A DNA stretch of 64,000 bases. Source: the human T2T-CHM13v2.0 reference genome, Homo sapiens. Numbering within the stretch: the first letter of the stretch is position 1; every line of letters starts with the position of its first letter. The stretch lies in the NCBI RefSeq assembly GCF_009914755.1, contig NC_060934.1. One strand, written 5' to 3'. The notes beneath the pieces are model-generated. The model worked only from the letters and a program-made list of their open reading frames with translations. It was not told where the DNA came from and searched no databases. Below, in pieces: positions 23,701 through 37,958 of this stretch. The position numbers and the translations under genes were made by a program.

Positions 23701-26700
23701 GAATTCTCAGTCACTTCTTTGTGTTGTGTGTATTCAAGTCACAGAGTTGAACCTTCCTTTAGACAGAGCAGTTTTGAAAAATTCTTTCTGTGGACTTTGC
23801 AAGTGGAGATTTCAAGCGATTTGAGGCTAATCTTTGAAATGGAAATATCTTCGTGTAAAAACTACACAGAATCATTCTCAGAAACTGCTTTGTCATCTGT
23901 GCGTTCAGTTCACAGAGTTTCACCTTTCTCTTCATAGAGCAGTTTGGAAAGACTCTGTCTGTTAAGTCTGCAAGTGATTAGTTAGACCGCTTTGAGGGCT
24001 TCGTTGGAAGCGGGATTTCTCATTCACTGCTAGACAGAAGAATTCTCAGTAAATCCTTTGTGTTGTGTGTATTGACGTCACAGAGTGGAACCTTCCTTTA
24101 TTCAGAGCAGTTTTGAAAAACACTTTTTGTGGAATTTGCAAGTGGAGATTTCAAGCGATTTGACGCCAATCTTAGACATGGAAATATCTTCATATTAAAA
24201 GTACACAGAGTTATTCGTAGAAACTAGTTTGTGATGTGTGCCTTCAACTCACAGAGTTTAACCTTTCTTTTCATAGAGCAGTTTGGAAACACTCTATTTG
24301 TAAAATCTGCAGGTGGATATTTGGACCTCTTTGAGGCCTTCGTTGGAAACGGGATTTCTTCATACAACGCTAGACAGAAGAATTCTCAGTAACTTCTTTG
24401 TGTTGTGTGTATTCAACTCACAGAGTTGAACCTTTCTTTAGAGAGAGCAGAGTTGAAACACTCTGTTTTTGGAATTTGCAAGTGCAGATTTCAAGCGCTT
24501 CTAGGCCTATGGCAGAAAAGGAAATATCTTCGTATAAAAACTACACAGAATCATTCTCAACAACTACTTTGTGATGTGTGCGTTCAACTCACAGAGTTTA
24601 ACCTTTCTTTTCATAGAGCAGTTTGGAAACACTCTGTTTGTAAAGCCTGCAAGTGCTTTTTTGGACTTCATTGAGGCCTTCGTTGGAAACGGGATTTCTT
24701 CATATAATGCTAGACAGAAGAATTCTCAGTCACTTCTTTGTGTTGTGTGTATTCAAGTCACAGAGTTGAAACTTCCTTTAGACAGAGCAGTTTTGAAAAA
24801 TTCTTTCGGTGGAGTTTGCAAGTGGAGATTTCAAGCGATTTGAGGCTAATCTTTGAAATGGAAATATCTTCGTGTAAAAACTACACAGAAGCATTCTCAG
24901 AAATTACTTTGTCATCTGTGCGTTCAGTTCACAGAGTTTCACCTTTCTCTTCATAGAGCAGTTTGGAAAGACTCTGTCTGTAAAGTCTGCAAGTGATTAG
25001 TTAGACCCCTATGAGGCCTTCGTTGGAAGCGGGATTTCTCATTTACTGCTAGACAGAGGAATTCTCAGTAAATCCTTTGTGTTGTGTGTATTCAACTCAC
25101 AGAGTGGAACCTTCCTTTATTCAGAGCAGTTTTGAAAAACACTTTTTGTGGAATTTGCAAGTGGAGATTTCAAGCGATTTGACGCCAATCTTAGACATGG
25201 AAATATCTTCATATTAAAAGTACACAGAGTCATTCGTAGAAACTAGTTTGTGATGTGTGCCTTCAAGTCACAGAGCTTAACCTTTCTTTTCATAGAGCAG
25301 TTTGGAAACACTCTATTTGTAAAGTCTGCAAGTGGATATTTGGACCTCTTTGAGGCCTTCGTTGGAAACGGGATTTCTTCATACAACGCTAGACAGAAGA
25401 ATTCTCAGTAACTTCTTTGTGTTGTGTGTATTCAACTCACAGGGTTGAACCTTTCTTTAGAGAGAGCAGAGTTGAAACACTCTGTTTTTGGAATTTGCAA
25501 GTGCAGATTTCAAGCGATTCTAGGCCTATGGGAGAAAAGGAAATATCTTCGTATAAAAACTACACAGAATCATTCTCAACAACTACTTTGTGATGTGTGC
25601 GTTCAACTCACAGAGTTTTACCTTTCTTTTCATAGAGCAGTTTGGAAACACTCTGTTTGTAAAGCCTGCAAGTGCTTTTTTGGACTTCATTGAGGCCTTC
25701 TTTGGAAACGGGATTTCTTCATATAATGCTAGACAGAAGAATTCTCAGTCACTTCTTTGTGTTGTGTGTATTCAAGTCACAGAGTTGGACCTTCCTTTAG
25801 ACAGAGCAGTTTTGAAAAATTCTTTCTGTGGAGTTTGCAAGTGGAGATTTCAAGCGATTTGAGGCTAATCTTTGAAATGGAAATATCTTCGTGTAAAAAC
25901 TACACAGAAGCATTCTCAGAAACTGCTTTGTCATCTGTGCGTTCAGTTCACAGAGTTTCACCTTTCTCTTCATAGAGCAGTTTGGAAAGACTCTGTCTTT
26001 AAAGTCTGCAAGTGATTAGTTAGACCCCTTTGAGGCCTTCGTTGGAAGCGGGATTTCTCATTTACTGCTAGACAGAAGAATTCTCAGTAAATCCTTTGTG
26101 TTGTGTGTATTCAACTCACAGAGTGGAACCTTCCTTTATTCAGAGCACTTTTGAAAAACACTTTTAGTGGAATTTGCAAGTGGAGATTTCAAGCGATTTG
26201 ACGCCAATCTTAGACATGGAAATATCTTCATATTAAAAGTACACAGAATCATTCGTAGAAACTAGTTTGTGATGTGTGCCTTCAACTCACAGAGTTTAAC
26301 CTTTCTTTTCATAGAGCAGTTCGGAAACATTCTATTTGTAAAGTCTGCAAGTGGATATTTGGACCTCTTTGAGGCCTTCGTTGGAAAAGGGATTTCTTCA
26401 TATAAAACTAGACAGAAGAATTCTCAGTAACTTCTTTGTGTTGTGTGTATTCAACTCACAGAGTTGAACCTTTCTTTAGAGAGAGCAGAGTTGAAACACT
26501 CTTTTTGTGGAATTTGCTAGTGCAGATTTCAAACGCTTCGAAGACAGTGATAGAAAAGGATATATCTTCGTATTAAAACTAGCCAAAATCATTCTCAGAA
26601 AACACTTTGTGATGTGTGTGTTCAACTCACAGAGTTTAACCTTTCTTTAATCGAGCAGTTTGGAAATACACTCTTTGTAAGTCTGCAGGTGGATAATTGG

Positions 26701-29700
26701 CCCTCTTTGAACCCTTCTTTGGAAACGGGATTTCCTCATATAATGCTAGACAGAAGAATTCTCAGTAACTTCTTTGTGTTGTTTGTATTCAACTCACAGA
26801 TTTGAACCTTCCTTTAGAGAGAGCAGATTTGAAACACTCTGTTTTTGGAATTTGCAAGTGCAGATTTCAAGCGATTCTAGGCCTATGGCAGAAAAGGAAA
26901 TATCTTCGTATAAAAACTACACAGAATCATTCTCAACAACTACTTTGTGATGTGTGCGTTCAACTCACAGAGTTTAAACTTTCTTTTCATAGAGCAGTTT
27001 GGAAACACTCTGTTTGTAAAGCCTGCAAGTGCTTTTTTGGACTTCATTGAGGCCTTCGTTGGAAACGGGATTTCTTCATATAATGCTGGACAGAAGAATT
27101 CTCAGTCACTTCTTTGTGTTGTGTGTATTCAAGTCACAGAGTTGAACCTTCCTTTAGACAGAGCAGTTTTGAAAAATTCTTTCTGTGGAATTTGCAAGTG
27201 GAGATTTCAAGCGATTTGAGGCTAATCTTTGAAATGGAAATATCTTCGTGTAAAAACTACACAGAATCATTCTCAGAAACTGCTTTGTCATCTGTGCGTT
27301 CAGTTCACAGAGTTTCACCTTTCTCTTCATAGAGCAGTTTGGAAAGACTCTGTCTGTAAAGTCTGCAAGTGATTAGTTAGACCCCTTTGAGGCCTTCGTT
27401 GGAAGCGGGATTTCTCATTTACTGCTAGACAGAAGAATTCTCAGTAAATCCTTTGTGTTGTGTGTATTCAACTCACAGAGTGGAACCTTCCTTTATTCAG
27501 AGCAGTTTTGAAACACTCTTTTTGTGGAATTTGCAAGTGGAGATTTCAAGCGATTTGACGCCAATCTTAGACATGGAAAAATCTTCATATTAAAAGTACA
27601 CAGAGTCATTCGTAGAAACTAGTTTGTGATGTGTGCCTTCAACTCACAGAGTTTAACCTTTCTTTTCATAGAGCAGTTGGGAAACACTCTATTTGTAAAG
27701 TCTGCAAGTGGATATTTGGACCTCTTTGAGGCCTTCGTTGGAAACGGGATTTCTTCATATAAAGCTAGACAGAAGAATTCTCAGTAACTTCTTTGTGTTG
27801 TGTGTATTCAACTCACAGAGTTGAACCTTTCTTTAGAGAGAGCAGAGTTGAAACACTCTGTTTTTGGAATTTGCAAGTGCAGATTTCAAGCGAATCTAGG
27901 CCTATGGCAGGAAAGGAAATATCTTCGTATAAAAACTACACAGAATCATTCTCAACAACTACTTTGTGATGTGTGCGTTCAACTCACAAAGTTTAACCTT
28001 TCTTTTCATAGAGCAGTTTGGAAACACGCTGTTTGCAAAGCCTGCAAGTGCTTTTTTGGACTTCATTGAGGCCTTCGTTGGAAACGGGATTTCTTCATAT
28101 AATGCTAGACAGAAGAATTCTCAGTAAATCATTTGTGTTGCGTTGATTCAACTCACAGAGTGGAACCTTCCTTTATTCAGAGCAGTTTTGAAACACTCTT
28201 TTTGTGGAATTTGCAAGTGGAGATTTCAAGCGATTTGACGCCAATCTTAGACATGGAAATATCTTCATATTAAAAGTACACAGAATCATTCGTAGAAACT
28301 AGTTTGTGATGTGTGCCTTCAACTCACAGAGTTTAACCTTTCTTTTCATAGAGCAGTTTGGAAACACTCTATTTGTAAAGTCTGCAAGTGGATATTTGGA
28401 CCTCTTTGAGGCCATCGTTGGAAAAGGGATTTCTTCATATAACGCTAGACAGAAGAATTTTCAGTAACTTCTTTGTGTTGTGTGTATTCAACTCACAGAG
28501 TTCAACTTTTCTTTAGAGAGAGCAGAGTTGAAACACTCTTTTTGTGGAATTTGCTAGTGCAGATTTCAAACGCTTCGAAGACAGTGATAGCAAAGGATAT
28601 ATCTTCGTATTAAAACTAGACAAAATCATTCTCAGAAAACACTTAGTGATGTGTGTGTTCAACTCACACAGTTTAACCTTTCTTTAATCGAGCAGTTTGG
28701 AAATACACTCTTTGTAAGTCTGCAGGTGGATAATTGGCCCTCTTTGAGCCCTTCGTTGGAAACGGGATTTCCTCATATAATGCTAGACAGAAGAATTCTC
28801 AGTAACTTCTTTGTGTTGTTTGTATTCAACTCACAGATTTGAACCTTCCTTTAGAGAGAGCAGATTTGAAACACTCTGTTTTTGGAATTTGCAAGTGCAG
28901 ATTTCAAGCGCTTCTAGGCCTATGGCAGAAAAGGAAATATCTTCGTATAAAAACTACACAGAATCATTCTCAACAACTACTTTGTGATGTGCGCGTTCAA
29001 CTCACAGAGTTTAACCTTTCTTTTCAGAGAGCAGTTTGGAAATACTCTGTTTGTAAAGCCTGCAAGTGCTTTTTTGGACTTCATTGAGGCCTTCGTTGGA
29101 AACGGGATTTCTTCATATAATGCTAGACAGAAGAATTCTCAGTCACTTCTTTGTGTTGTGTGTATTCAAGTCACAGAGTTGAACCTTCCTTTAGACAGAG
29201 CAGTTTTGAAAAATTCTTTCTGTGGAGTTTGCAAGTGGAGATTTCAAGCGATTTGAGGCTAATCTTTGAAATGGAAATATCTTCGTGTAAAAACTACACA
29301 GAATCATTCTCAGAAACTGCTTTGTCATCTGTGCGTTCAGTTCACAGAGTTTCACCTTTCTCTTCATAGAGCAGTTTGGAAAGACTCTGTCTGTAAAGTC
29401 TGCAAGTGATTAGTTAGACCCCTTTGAGGCCTTCGTTGGAAGCGGGATTTCTCATTTACTGCTAGACAGAAGAATTCTCAGTAAATCCTTTGTGTTGCGT
29501 GTATTCAACTCACAGATTGGAACCTTCCTTTATTCAGAGCACTTTTGAAAAACACTTTTTGTGGAATTTGCAAGTGGAGATTTCAAGCGATTTGACGCCA
29601 ATCTTAGACATGGAAATATCTTCATATTAAAAGTACACAGAGTCATTCGTAGAAACTAGTTTGTGATGTGTGCCTTCAACTCACAGAGTTTAACCTTTCT

Positions 29701-32700
29701 TTTCATAGAGCAGTTTGGAAACACTCTATTTGTAAAGTCTGCAAGTGGATATTTGGACCTCTTTGAGGCCTTCGTTGGAAACGGGATTTCTTCATACAAC
29801 GCCAGACAGAAGAATTCTCAGTAACTTCTTTGTGTTGTGTGTATTCAACTCACAGAGTTGAACCTTTCTTTAGAGAGAGCAGAGTTGAAACACTCTGTTT
29901 TTGGAATTTGCAAGTGCAGATATCAAGCGATTCTAGGCCTATGGCAGAAAAGGAAATATCTTCGTATAAAAACTGCACAGAATCATTCTCAACAACTACT
30001 TTGTGATGTGTGCGTTCAACTCACAAAGTTTAACCTTTCTTTTCATAGAGCAGTTTGGAAACACTCTGTTTGTAAAGCCTGCAATTGCTTTTTTGGACTT
30101 CATTGAGGCCTTCGTTGGAAACGGGATTTCTTCATATAATGCTAGACAGAAGAATTCTCAGTCACTTCTTTGTGTTGTGTGTATTCAAGTCACAGAGTTG
30201 AACCTTCCTTTAGACAGAGCAGTTTTGAAAAATTCTTTCTGTGGAGTTTGCAAGTGGAGATTTCAAGCGATTTGAGGCTAATCTTTGAAATGGAAATATC
30301 TTCGTGTAAAACCTACACAGAAGCTTTCTCAGAAACTGCTTTGTCATCTGTGCGTTCAGTTCACAGAGTTTCACCTTTCTCTTCATAGAGCAGTTTGGAA
30401 AGACTCTGTCTTTAAAGTCTGCAAGTGATTAGTTAGACCCCTTTGAGGCCTTCGTTGGAAGCGGGATTTCTCATTTACTTCAAGACAGAAGAATTCTCAG
30501 TAAATCCTTTGTGTTGTGTGTATTCAACTCACAGAGTGGAACCTTCCTTTATTCAGAGCACTTTTGAAACACTCTTTTTGTGGAATTTGCAAGTGGAGAT
30601 TTCAAGCGATTTGACGCCAATCTTAGACATGGAAATATCTTCATATTAAAAGTACACAGAATCATTCGTAGAAACTAGTTTGTGATGTGTGCCTTCAACT
30701 CACAGAGTTTAACCTTTCTTTTCATAGAGCAGTTCGGAAACACTCTATTTGTAAAGTCTGCAAGTGGATATTTGGACCTCTTTGAGGCCATCGTTGGAAA
30801 AGGGATTTCTTCATATAACGCTAGACAGAAGAATTTTCAGTAACTTCTTTGTGTTGTGTGTATTCAACTCACAGAGTTCAACTTTTCTTTAGAGAGAGCA
30901 GAGTTGAAACACTCTTTTTGTGGAATTTGCTAGTGCAGATTTCAAACGCTTCGAAGACAGTGATAGCAAAGGATATATCTTCGTATTAAAACTAGACAAA
31001 ATCATTCTCAGAAAACACTTTGTGATGTGTGTGTTCAACTCACAGAGTTTAACCTTTCTTTAATCGAGCAGTTTGGAAATACACTCTTTGTAAGTCTGCA
31101 GGTGGATAATTGGCCCTCTTTGAGCCCTTCGTTGGAAACGGGATTTCCTCATATAATGCTAGACAGAAGAATTCTCAGTAACTTCTTTGTGTTGTTTGTA
31201 TTCAACTCACAGATTTGAACCTTCCTTTAGAGAGAGCAGATTTGAAACACTCTGTTTTTGGAATTTGCAAGTGCAGATTTCAAGCGCTTCTAGGCCTATG
31301 GCAGAAAAGGAAATATCTTCGTAGAAAAACTACACAGAATCATTCTCAACAACTACTTTGTGATGTGTGCGTTCAACTCACAGAGTTTAACCTTTCTTTT
31401 CATAGAGCAGTTTGGAAACACTCTGTTTGTAAAGCCTGCAAGTGCTTTTTTGGACTTCATTGAGGCCTTCGTTGGAAACGGGATTTCTTCATATAATGCT
31501 AGACAGAAGAATTCTCAGTCACTTCTTTGTGTTGTGTGTATTCAAGTCACAGAGTTGAACCTTCTTTTAGACAGAGCAGTTTTGAAAAATTTTTTCTGTG
31601 GAATTTGCAAGTGGAGATTTCAAGCGATTTGAGGCTAATCTTTGAAATGGAAATATCTTCGTGTAAAAACTACACAGAAGCATTCTCAGAAACTGCTTTG
31701 TTATCTGTGCGTTCAGTTCACAGAGTTTCACCTTTCTCTTCATAGAGCAGTTTGGAAAGACTCTGTCTGTAAAGTCCGCAAGTGATTAGTTAGACCCCTT
31801 TGAGGCCTTCGTTGGAAGCGGGATTTCTCATTTACTGCTAGACAGAAGATTTCTCAGTAAATCCTTTGTGTTGTGTGTATTCAACTCACAGAGTGGAACC
31901 TTCCTTTATTCAGAGCACTTTTGAAAAACACTTTTTGTGGAATTTGCAAGTGGAGATTTCAAGCGATTTGACGCCAATCTTAGACATGGAAATATCTTCA
32001 TATTAAAAGTACACAGAGTCATTCGTAGAAACTAGTTTGTGATGTGTGCCTTCAACTCACAGAGTTTAACCTTTCTTTTCATAGAGCAGTTTGGAAACAC
32101 TCTATTTGTAAAGTCTGCAAGTGGATATTTGGACCTCTTTGAGGCCTTCGTTGGAAACGGGATTTCTTCATACAACGCTAGACAGAAGAATTCTCAGTAA
32201 CTTCTTTGTGTTGTTTGTATTCAACTCACAGAGTTGAACCTTTCTTTAGAGAGAGCAGAGTTGAAACACTCTGTTTTTGGAATTTGCAAGTGCAGATTTC
32301 AAGCGATTCTAGGCCTATGGGAGAAAAGGAAATATCTTCGTATAAAAACTACACAGAATCATTCTCAACAACTACTTTGTGATGTGTGCGTTCAACTCAC
32401 AGAGTTTTACCTTTCTTTTCATAGAGCAGTTTGGAAACACTCTGTTTGTAAAGCCTGCAAGTGCTTTTTTGGACTTCATTGAGGCCTTCTTTGGAAACGG
32501 GATTTCTTCATATAATGCTAGACAGAAGAATTCTCAGTCACTTCTTTGTGTTGTGTGTATTCAAGTCACAGAGTTGGACCTTCCTTTAGACAGAGCAGTT
32601 TTGAAAAATTCTTTCTGTGGAGTTTGCAAGTGGAGATTTCAAGCAATTTGAGGCTAATCTTTGAAATGGAAATATCTTCGTGTAAAAACTACACAGAATC

Positions 32701-35581
32701 ATTCTCAGAAACTGCTTTGTCATCTGTGCGTTCAGTTCACAGAGTTTCACCTTTCTCTTCATAGAGCAGTTTGGAAAGACTCTGTCTGTAAAGTCTGCAA
32801 GTGATTAGTTAGACCCCTTTGAGGCCTTCGTTGGAAGCGGGATTTCTCATTTACTGCTAGACAGAAGAATTCTCAGTAAATCCTTTGTGTTGTGTGTATT
32901 CAACTCACAGAGTGGAACCTTCCTTTATTCAGAGCACTTTTGAAAAACACTTTTAGTGGAATTTGCAAGTGGAGATTTCAAGCGATTTGACGCCAATCTT
33001 AGACATGGAAATATCTTCATATTAAAAGTACACAGAATCATTCGTAGAAACTAGTTTGTGATGTGTGCCTTCAACTCACAGAGTTTAACCTTTCTTTTCA
33101 TAGAGCAGTTCGGAAACATTCTATTTGTAAAGTCTGCAAGTGGATATTTGGACCTCTTTGAGGCCTTCGTTGGAAAAGGGATTTCTTCATATAACACTAG
33201 ACAGAAGAATTCTCAGTAACTTCTTTGTGTTGTGTGTATTCAACTCACAGAGTTGAACCTTTCTTTAGAGAGAGCAGAGTTGAAACACTCTTTTTGTGGA
33301 ATTTGCTAGTGCAGATTTCAAACGCTTCGAAGACAGTGATAGAAAAGGATATATCTTCGTATTAAAACTAGCCAAAATCATTCTCAGAAAACACTTTGTG
33401 ATGTGTGTGTTCAACTCACAGAGTTTAACCTTTCTTTAATCGAGCAGTTTGGAAATACACTCTTTGTAAGTCTGCAGGTGGATAATTGGCCCTCTTTGAA
33501 CCCTTCTTTGGAAACGGGATTTCCTCATATAATGCTAGACAGAAGAATTCTCAGTAACTTCTTTGTGTTGTTTGTATTCAACTCACAGATTTGAACCTTC
33601 CTTTAGAGAGAGCAGATTTGAAACACTCTGTTTTTGGAATTTGCAAGTGCAGATTTCAAGCGATTCTAGGCCTATGGCAGAAAAGGAAATATCTTCGTAT
33701 AAAAACTACACAGAATCATTCTCAACAACTACTTTGTGATGTGTGCGTTCAACTCACAGAGTTTAAACTTTCTTTTCATAGAGCAGTTTGGAAACACTCT
33801 GTTTGTAAAGCCTGCAAGTGCTTTTTTGGACTTCATTGAGGCCTTCGTTGGAAACGGGATTTCTTCATATAATGCTGGACAGAAGAATTCTCAGTCACTT
33901 CTTTGTGTTGTGTGTATTCAAGTCACAGAGTTGAACCTTCCTTTAGACAGAGCAGTTTTGAAAAATTCTTTCTGTGGAATTTGCAAGTGGAGATTTCAAG
34001 CGATTTGAGGCTAATCTTTGAAATGGAAATATCTTCGTGTAAAAACTACACAGAATCATTCTCAGAAACTGCTTTGTCATCTGTGCGTTCAGTTCACAGA
34101 GTTTCACCTTTCTCTTCATAGAGCAGTTTGGAAAGACTCTGTCTGTAAAGTCTGCAAGTGATTAGTTAGACCCCTTTGAGGCCTTCGTTGGAAGCGGGAT
34201 TTCTCATTTACTGCTAGACAGAAGAATTCTCAGTAAATCCTTTGTGTTGTGTGTATTCAACTCACAGAGTGGAACCTTCCTTTATTCAGAGCAGTTTTGA
34301 AACACTCTTTTTGTGGAATTTGCAAGTGGAGATTTCAAGCGATTTGACGCCAATCTTAGACATGGAAAAATCTTCATATTAAAAGTACACAGAGTCATTC
34401 GTAGAAACTAGTTTGTGATGTGTGCCTTCAACTCACAGAGTTTAACTTTTCTTTTCATAGAGCAGTTGGGAAACACTCTATTTGTAAAGTCTGCAAGTGG
34501 ATATTTGGACCTCTTTGAGGCCTTCGTTGGAAACGGGATTTCTTCATATAAAGCTAGACAGAAGAATTCTCAGTAACTTCTTTGTGTTGTGTGTATTCAA
34601 CTCACAGAGTTGAACCTTTCTTTAGAGGGAGCAGAGGTGAAACAGTCTTTTTGTGGAATTTGCTAGTGTAGATTTCAAACGCTTCGAAGTCAGTGATAGA
34701 AAAGGATATATCTTCGTATTAAAAGTAGACAAAATCATTCTCAGAAAACTCTTTGTGATGTGTGTGTTCAACTCACAGAGTTTAACCTTTCTTTAATCGA
34801 GCAGTTTGGAAATACACTCTTTGTAAGTCTGCAGGTGGATATTTGGCCCTCTTTGAGCCCTTCTTTGGAAACGGGATTTCCTCTTATAATGCTAGACAGA
34901 AGAATTCACAGTAACTTCTCTGTGTTGTTTGTATTCAACACACAGATTTGAACCTTCCTTTAGAGAGAGCAGATATGAAACACTCTGTTTTTGGAATTTG
35001 CAAGTGCAGATTTCAAGCACTTCTAGGCCTATGGCAGAAAAGGAAATATCTTCGTATAAAAACTACACAGAATCATTCTCAACAACTACTTTGTGATGTG
35101 TGCGTTCAACTCACAGAGTTTAACCTTTCTTTTCATAGAGCAGTTTGGAAACACTCTGTTTGTAAAGCCTGCAAGTGCTTTTTTGGACTTCATTGAGGCC
35201 TTCGTTGGAAACGGGATTTCTTCATACAACGCTAGACAGAAGAATTCTCAGTTACTTCTTTGTGTTGTGTGTATTCAACTCACAGAGTTGAACCTTTCTT
35301 TAGAGAGAGCAGAGTTGAAACACTCTGTTTTTGGAATTTGCAAGTGCAGATTTCAAGCGATTCTAGGCCTATGGCAGAAAAGGAAATATCTTCGTATAAA
35401 AACTACACAGAATCATTCTCAACAACTACTTTGTGATGTGTGCGTTCAACTCACAGAGTTTAAACTTTCTTTTCATAGAGCAGTTTGGAAACACTCTGTT
35501 TGTAAAGCCTGCAAGTGCTTTTTTGGACTTCATTGAGGCCTTCGTTGGAAACGGGATTTCTTCATATAATGCTAGACAGAA

Positions 35582-37958
35582 GAATTCTCAGTCACTTCTT
35601 TGTGTTTTGTGTATTCAAGTCACAGAGTTGAACCTTCCTTTAGACAGAGCAGTTTTGAAAAATACTTTCTGTGGAATTTGCAATTGGAGATTTTAAGAGA
35701 TTTGAGGCTAATCTTTGAAATGGAAATATCTTCGTGTAAAAACTACACAGAATCATTCTCAGAAACTGCTTTGTTATCTGTGCGTTCAGTTCACAGAGTT
35801 TCACCTTTCTCTTCATAGAGCAGTTTGGAAAGACTCTGTCTGTAAAGTCTGCAAGTGATTAGTTAGACCCCTTTGAGGCCTTCGTTGGAAGCGGGATTTC
35901 TCATTTACTGCTAGACAGAAGAATTCTCAGTAAATCCTTTGTGTTGTGTGTATTCAACTTACAGAGTGGAACCTTCCTTTATTCAGAGCAGTTTTGAAAA
36001 ACACTTTTTGTGGAATTTGCAAGTGGAGATTTCAAGCGATTTGACGCCTATCTTAGACATGGAAATATCTTCATATTAAAAGTACACAGAGTCATTCGTA
36101 GAAACTAGTTTGTGATGTGTGCCTTCAACTCACAGAGTTTAACCTTTCTTTTCATAGAGCAGTTTGGAAACACTCTATTTGTAAAGTCTGCAAGTGGATA
36201 TTTGGACCTCTTTGAGGCCTTCGTTGGAAATGGGATTTCTTCATACAACACTAGACAGAAGAATTCTCAGTAACTTCTTTGTGTTGTGTGTATTCAACTC
36301 ACAGAGTTGAACCTTTCTTTAGAGAGAGCAGAGTTGAAACACTCTGTTTTTGGAATTTGCAAGTGCAGATTTCAAGCGATTCTAGGCCTATGGCAGGAAA
36401 GGAAATATCTTCGTATAAAAACTACACAGAATCATTCTCAACAACTACTTTGTGATGTGTGCGTTCAACTCACAAAGTTTAACCTTTCTTTTCATAGAGC
36501 AGTTTGGAAACACGCTGTTTGCAAAGCCTGCAAGTGCTTTTTTGGACTTCATTGAGGCCTTCGTTGGAAACGGGATTTCTTCATATAATGCTAGACAGAA
36601 GAATTCTCAGTAAATCATTTGTGTTGCGTTGATTCAACTCACAGAGTGGAACCTTCCTTTATTCAGAGCAGTTTTGAAACACTCTTTTTGTGGAATTTGC
36701 AAGTGGAGATTTCAAGCAATTTGACGCCAATCTTAGACATGGAAATATCTTCATATTAAAAGTACACAGAATCATTCGTAGAAACTTGTTTGTGATGTGT
36801 GCCTTCAACTCACAGAGTTTAACCTTTCTTTTCATAGAGCAGTTTGGAAACACTCTATTTGTAAAGTCTGCAAGTGGATATTTGGACCTCTTTGAGGCCA
36901 TCGTTGGAAAAGGGATTTCTTCATATAACGCTAGACAGAAGAATTTTCAGTAACTTCTTTGTGTTGTGTGTATTCAACTCACAGAGTTCAACTTTTCTTT
37001 AGAGAGAGCAGAGTTGAAACACTCTTTTTGTGGAATTTGCTAGTGCAGATTTCAAACGCTTCGAAGACAGTGATAGCAAAGGATATATCTTCGTATTAAA
37101 ACTAGACAAAATCATTCTCAGAAAACACTTTGTGATGTGTGTGTTCAACTCACAGAGTTTAACCTTTCTTTAATCGAGCAGTTTGGAAATACACTCTTTG
37201 TAAGTCTGCAGGTGGATAATTGGCCCTCTTTGAGCCCTTCGTTGGAAACGGGATTTCCTCATATAATGCTAGACAGAAGAATTCTCAGTAACTTCTTTGT
37301 GTTGTTTGTATTCAACTCACAGATTTGAACCTTCCTTTAGAGAGAGCAGATTTGAAACACTCTGTTTTTGGAATTTGCAAGTGCAGATTTCAAGCGCTTC
37401 TAGGCCTATGGCAGAAAAGGAAATATCTTCGTATAAAAACTACACAGAATCATTCTCAACAACTACTTTGTGATGTGTGCGTTCAACTCACAGAGTTTAA
37501 CCTTTCTTTTCATAGAGCAGTTTGGAAACACTCTGTTTGTAAAGCCTGCAAGTGCTTTTTTGGACTTCATTGAGGCCTTCGTTGGAAACGGGATTTCTTC
37601 ATACAACGCTAGACAGAAGAATTCTCAGTTACTTCTTTGTGTTGTGTGTATTCAACTCACAGAGTTGAACCTTTCTTTAGAGAGAGCAGAGTTGAAACAC
37701 TCTGTTTTTGGAATTTGCAAGTGCAGATTTCAAGCGATTCTAGGCCTATGGCAGAAAAGGAAATATCTTCGTATAAAAACTACACAGAATCATTCTCAAC
37801 AACTACTTTGTGATGTGTGCGTTCAACTCACAGAGTTTAAACTTTCTTTTCATAGAGCAGTTTGGAAACACTCTGTTTGTAAAGCCTGCAAGTGCTTTTT
37901 TGGACTTCATTGAGGCCTTCGTTGGAAACGGGATTTCTTCATATAATGCTAGACAGAA
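35582..37958 (+). repeat. 14-mer variant A-B-D'-B'-C-D-D' (2377 bp); second example at 48484-50860
   Basis: A-to-A distance is 2377 (ORF track 35600 to 37977 and 48502 to 50879). Confidence 0.87.

Noticed and set aside
36659-36953. Rare minus-strand and unique ORFs (also 61078-61278)
   Set aside because: They are explained by single substitutions or deletions removing stops (e.g. ACTAGT>ACTTGT at ~36787). The DNA orientation is unchanged.
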